Source of the DNA: Octopus sinensis
Taxonomy: Eukaryota
NCBI RefSeq assembly: GCF_006345805.1
Contig: NW_021836961.1
Location: 1 to 22,473 of the forward strand
Direction of reading: 5' to 3'
Length of the DNA stretch: 22,473 nt
Made by a program: the position numbers and the translations under genes. This document shows positions 19,397 to 22,473 of the stretch, in pieces. Position 1 is the first letter of the stretch; each line of letters starts with the position of its first letter. The notes beneath the pieces were generated by a model that was not told the DNA's origin, made no database searches, and saw nothing but the letters and a program-made list of their open reading frames with translations.

Positions 19397-19649
19397 ACTC
19401 TAAAGAAGTCATAATTGACGTGCGATTAAAAATAATAATGAACTTATTGTATATTGTACTCCAATATTTGTGGAACTGTTATGCTAAGATCTATCATATC
19501 ATTATATTAATAATTGGCTGTGATTCAGGAAAAATAATGGTAGATCTTGGGATGAGCCGTAATTACTATCAACCAGTAATGACAAACGCCATAATGACTT
19601 CAGATACAAAGACTCTGAAGAAAAACTGATCATGTGACGTAAACACAAT

Positions 19650-19920
<271 letters not shown>

Positions 19921-20000
19921 TCTTTTTTTAAATTGATCACATGCAGCAAATCACAATAACGATAATACCAATAGGATCTAATAATAATAATAATAGTCAC

Positions 20001-20035
<35 letters not shown>

Positions 20036-20036
20036 C

Positions 20037-20074
<38 letters not shown>

Positions 20075-20146
20075 AAGTAGTAACAATAATAACAACAACA
20101 ACGACAATAATAATAATAGCAACAAAAAAAAATAATAATAATGGAT

Positions 20147-20340
20147 TCAGATTTTGCCACAAGGGCAGAAATTTTGGGGGATGAGTCAATTACATGGAAC
20201 CCCAGTGTTCAACTGGTACTTATATTACTGACCACCGAAAGTATGAAAGGCAAAGTCGACCTTGGTGGAGTTTGAACTCAGTACGTAAAGACGGACGAAA
20301 TGCCGGTAAGTATTTTGTCCAGCGCGCTAACGATACTGCC
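20147..20340 (-). mobile_element. Diverged SINE-A variant
   Basis: GAAAGGCAAAGTCGACCTTGGTGGAGTTTGAACTCAG...CGCGCTAACGATACTGCC; lies between (AAT)n tracts. Confidence 0.85.
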
Positions 20341-20360
20341 AATAATAATAATAGTAATAA

Positions 20361-20391
<31 letters not shown>

Positions 20392-20395
20392 AATA

Positions 20396-20420
20396 GATGG
20401 CATGAACTGCTCTCTCACTC
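20396..20420 (+). mobile_element. 25-bp 3'-terminal remnant of the (AAT)n-associated element
   Basis: GATGGCATGAACTGCTCTCTCACTC is the element 3' end with one mismatch, inside (AAT)n. Confidence 0.75.
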
Positions 20421-20451
20421 AATAATAATAATAATAATGATGATAATAAAA

Positions 20452-20534
<83 letters not shown>

Positions 20535-20561
20535 ATAATAATAATAATAATAATAAATAAT

Positions 20562-21024
20562 TAAAGATGGTCTACAGCAAATATTCTGCTCAATACCACA
20601 GATTTGCTTGTCAGTTGCTTGACATTAACCAATCGACCATGTCCCTTAGTGGCTGACGATATGTGCATCTCTGACCACGAGCAGAAGTAGTGGGGGAATA
20701 TCATAGCCATGTGTTGAGAAGGATTCTTTGGGGTTTGAATGATTCACCTTTGGAAACATGGGTGGTTCGTTCAACATCCTTAAATAACCCTTATTCAGGG
20801 ACCTTTTGAGCAGGATGGGTTACTCGACCAGAAGAAAATTCTAACTGAGCCCCACCTGCAAGGTCATGTGCTGTTTATCTTGATATGAGATCACCATGTC
20901 GCGCACATATGGTTGTGATGCATGTGCCTTGTGTACCTTTATCAGACAGGTAGTCATGATGGGTGTACTGGGTTTTGTATATTTGTACCCCAGTGTCACT
21001 TTGATGACATGCACTGCTCTCTCA
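20562..21024 (+). mobile_element. (AAT)n-associated element, 5'-truncated copy
   Basis: Reverse-complement homolog of 6399-~6860; lacks the first ~90 bp. Confidence 0.88.
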
Positions 21025-21093
21025 TATACGACAACAACAACAACAACAACAAAAATAACAATGACGATGATGATAATAATGCTGCTGCTACTG

Positions 21094-21143
<50 letters not shown>

Positions 21144-21414
21144 GATGTTGATAATAACAACAATAGTAGCAATAATAACGCTAATCATAAGAATGAAAAT
21201 CTTAAAAGTACACTCCATGACACACAGTAAAGAAAATTGGTAAACAAAATTAGTGATCGGCTTCTCTGCGTCTGCTTCTCTATCTGTCGCCTCATCTATC
21301 GATCGATCTGTCTGTTTGTCTGTCTGTCTCTGTTTCACGCTTACTCTCTCGTTCTGCTCACACACACACACACACACACACACACCACACACACGCACAG
21401 ATATCTACGTATAG

Positions 21415-21549
21415 TCTTGCTTTGCAACCGCATGGTTCTGGGTTCAGTTCCACTGCGTGACACCTTGGGCAAGTGTCTTCTATTATAGCTTCGGGCCGAC
21501 CAAAGCCCTGTGAGTGGATTTGGTGGACGGAAACTGAAAGAAACCCGTC
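21415..21549 (+). mobile_element. SINE-B 5' portion
   Basis: GGTTCTGGGTTCAGTTCCACTGCGTGACACCTTGGGCAAG...GGAAACTGAAAGAAACCCGTC. Confidence 0.88.
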
Positions 21550-21670
21550 CAGCCGTAATTGCGAAGATGATCCGGTTCTTGACTGAAAATTGAAGGCTTC
21601 GAATGTCCCGTCCGTGTTTTTGTGTCGTCTTCTAAATGTTCACGTTCTTGTCCCAGTTGTATTTTTTTAC

Positions 21671-21675
<5 letters not shown>

Positions 21676-21754
<79 letters not shown>

Positions 21755-21762
21755 CTATATAT
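21676..21762. repeat. (TA)n microsatellite
   Basis: Visible. Confidence 0.97.
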
Positions 21763-21764
21763 AG

Positions 21765-22256
21765 GCGTAACTGGTACTTATTTAATTGACCCCGAATCGA
21801 TGAAAGGCAAAGTCGACCTCGGCGGAATTTGAACTCAGAACGTAAAGACAGAGAAATACCTTTTTCTTTACTACACCCACAAGGGGACTACACGACAGAG
21901 AGACAAACAAGGACAGACAGACGGAGTAAGTCGATTACATCGACCCCAGTGCGTAACTGATACTTAATTTATCGACCCCGAAACGTCGACCTTTGCGGAA
22001 TTTGAACTCAGAACGTAGACAGACGAAATACCTATTTCTTTACTACCCACAAGGGACTAAACACAGAGAGGACAAACAAGGATAGACAAACAAAGGGATT
22101 AAGTCGATTACATCGACCCCAGTGCGTAACTGGTACTTAATTTATCGACCCCGAAAGGATGAAAGGCAAAGTCGACCTCGGCGGAATTTGAACTCAGAAC
22201 GTAACGGCAGACGAAATACTGCTAAGCATTTCGCCCGGCGCGCTAACGTTTCTGCC
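21765..22256 (-). mobile_element. SINE-A trimer (head + 2 units + partial third)
   Basis: Junctions GAAATACC|TWTTTCTTT at ~21853-21869 and ~22024-22041. Confidence 0.92.
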
Positions 22257-22289
22257 GCCTTTCGATCCCATCCCAGTTAGCATTATATT

Positions 22290-22473
22290 AGGCGAGGTAG
22301 CAGAAACGTTAGATCACCGAGCGAAATGCTCAGCGTAATTTTCGTCCGCCTTTTACGTTCTGAGTTCAAACTCCGCCATTGTCGACTTTGCCTTTCATTC
22401 CTCCGGGGTGGGGTCGATAAAATAAGTGCCAAATGAACACTGGGGTCGATCTAATCGACTTACACCATCCCTG
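22290..22473 (+). mobile_element. SINE-A variant, cut by the window end
   Basis: GGCGAGGTAGCAGAAACGTTAG...GAGTTCAAACTCC...GGGGTCGATCTAATCGAC. Confidence 0.88.

Noticed and set aside
5675-19414. Recurrent ORF peptides such as LRSEFKFRRGRLCLSSFRGR (4586, 5675, 10617) and SNFVEVEFRRG (19085-19414)
   Set aside because: Incidental translations of SINE-A and of its derived minisatellite.

Overview
AT-rich, microsatellite-saturated, non-coding (intergenic or intronic) animal DNA. The repeat content (two abundant tRNA-derived SINE families, Dong-R4, RTE, CR1 and Penelope-like fragments, long (TA)n/(CA)n/(GAT)n/(AAT)n tracts) is typical of an octopus genome; this assignment is an inference from recalled repeat families, not a database hit. 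No host protein-coding gene can be called with confidence. Most ORFs in the track are translations of simple repeats or SINEs, and the recognisable protein-like ones are decayed retrotransposon fragments. The best leads concern retroelement biology: (1) a ~555-bp non-coding element whose three copies share a 3' end, differ in 5' truncation and all sit in (AAT)n, with a Dong-R4 fragment as candidate partner; (2) a SINE (called SINE-A here) that forms head+[unit]n multimers with one fixed junction, including a dimer inside a single TSD; (3) inverted SINE-A multimers that could form long dsRNA; (4) a 16-bp minisatellite born from the SINE-A B-box region. A few unique islands carry promoter/enhancer-like motif clusters and weak exon candidates.
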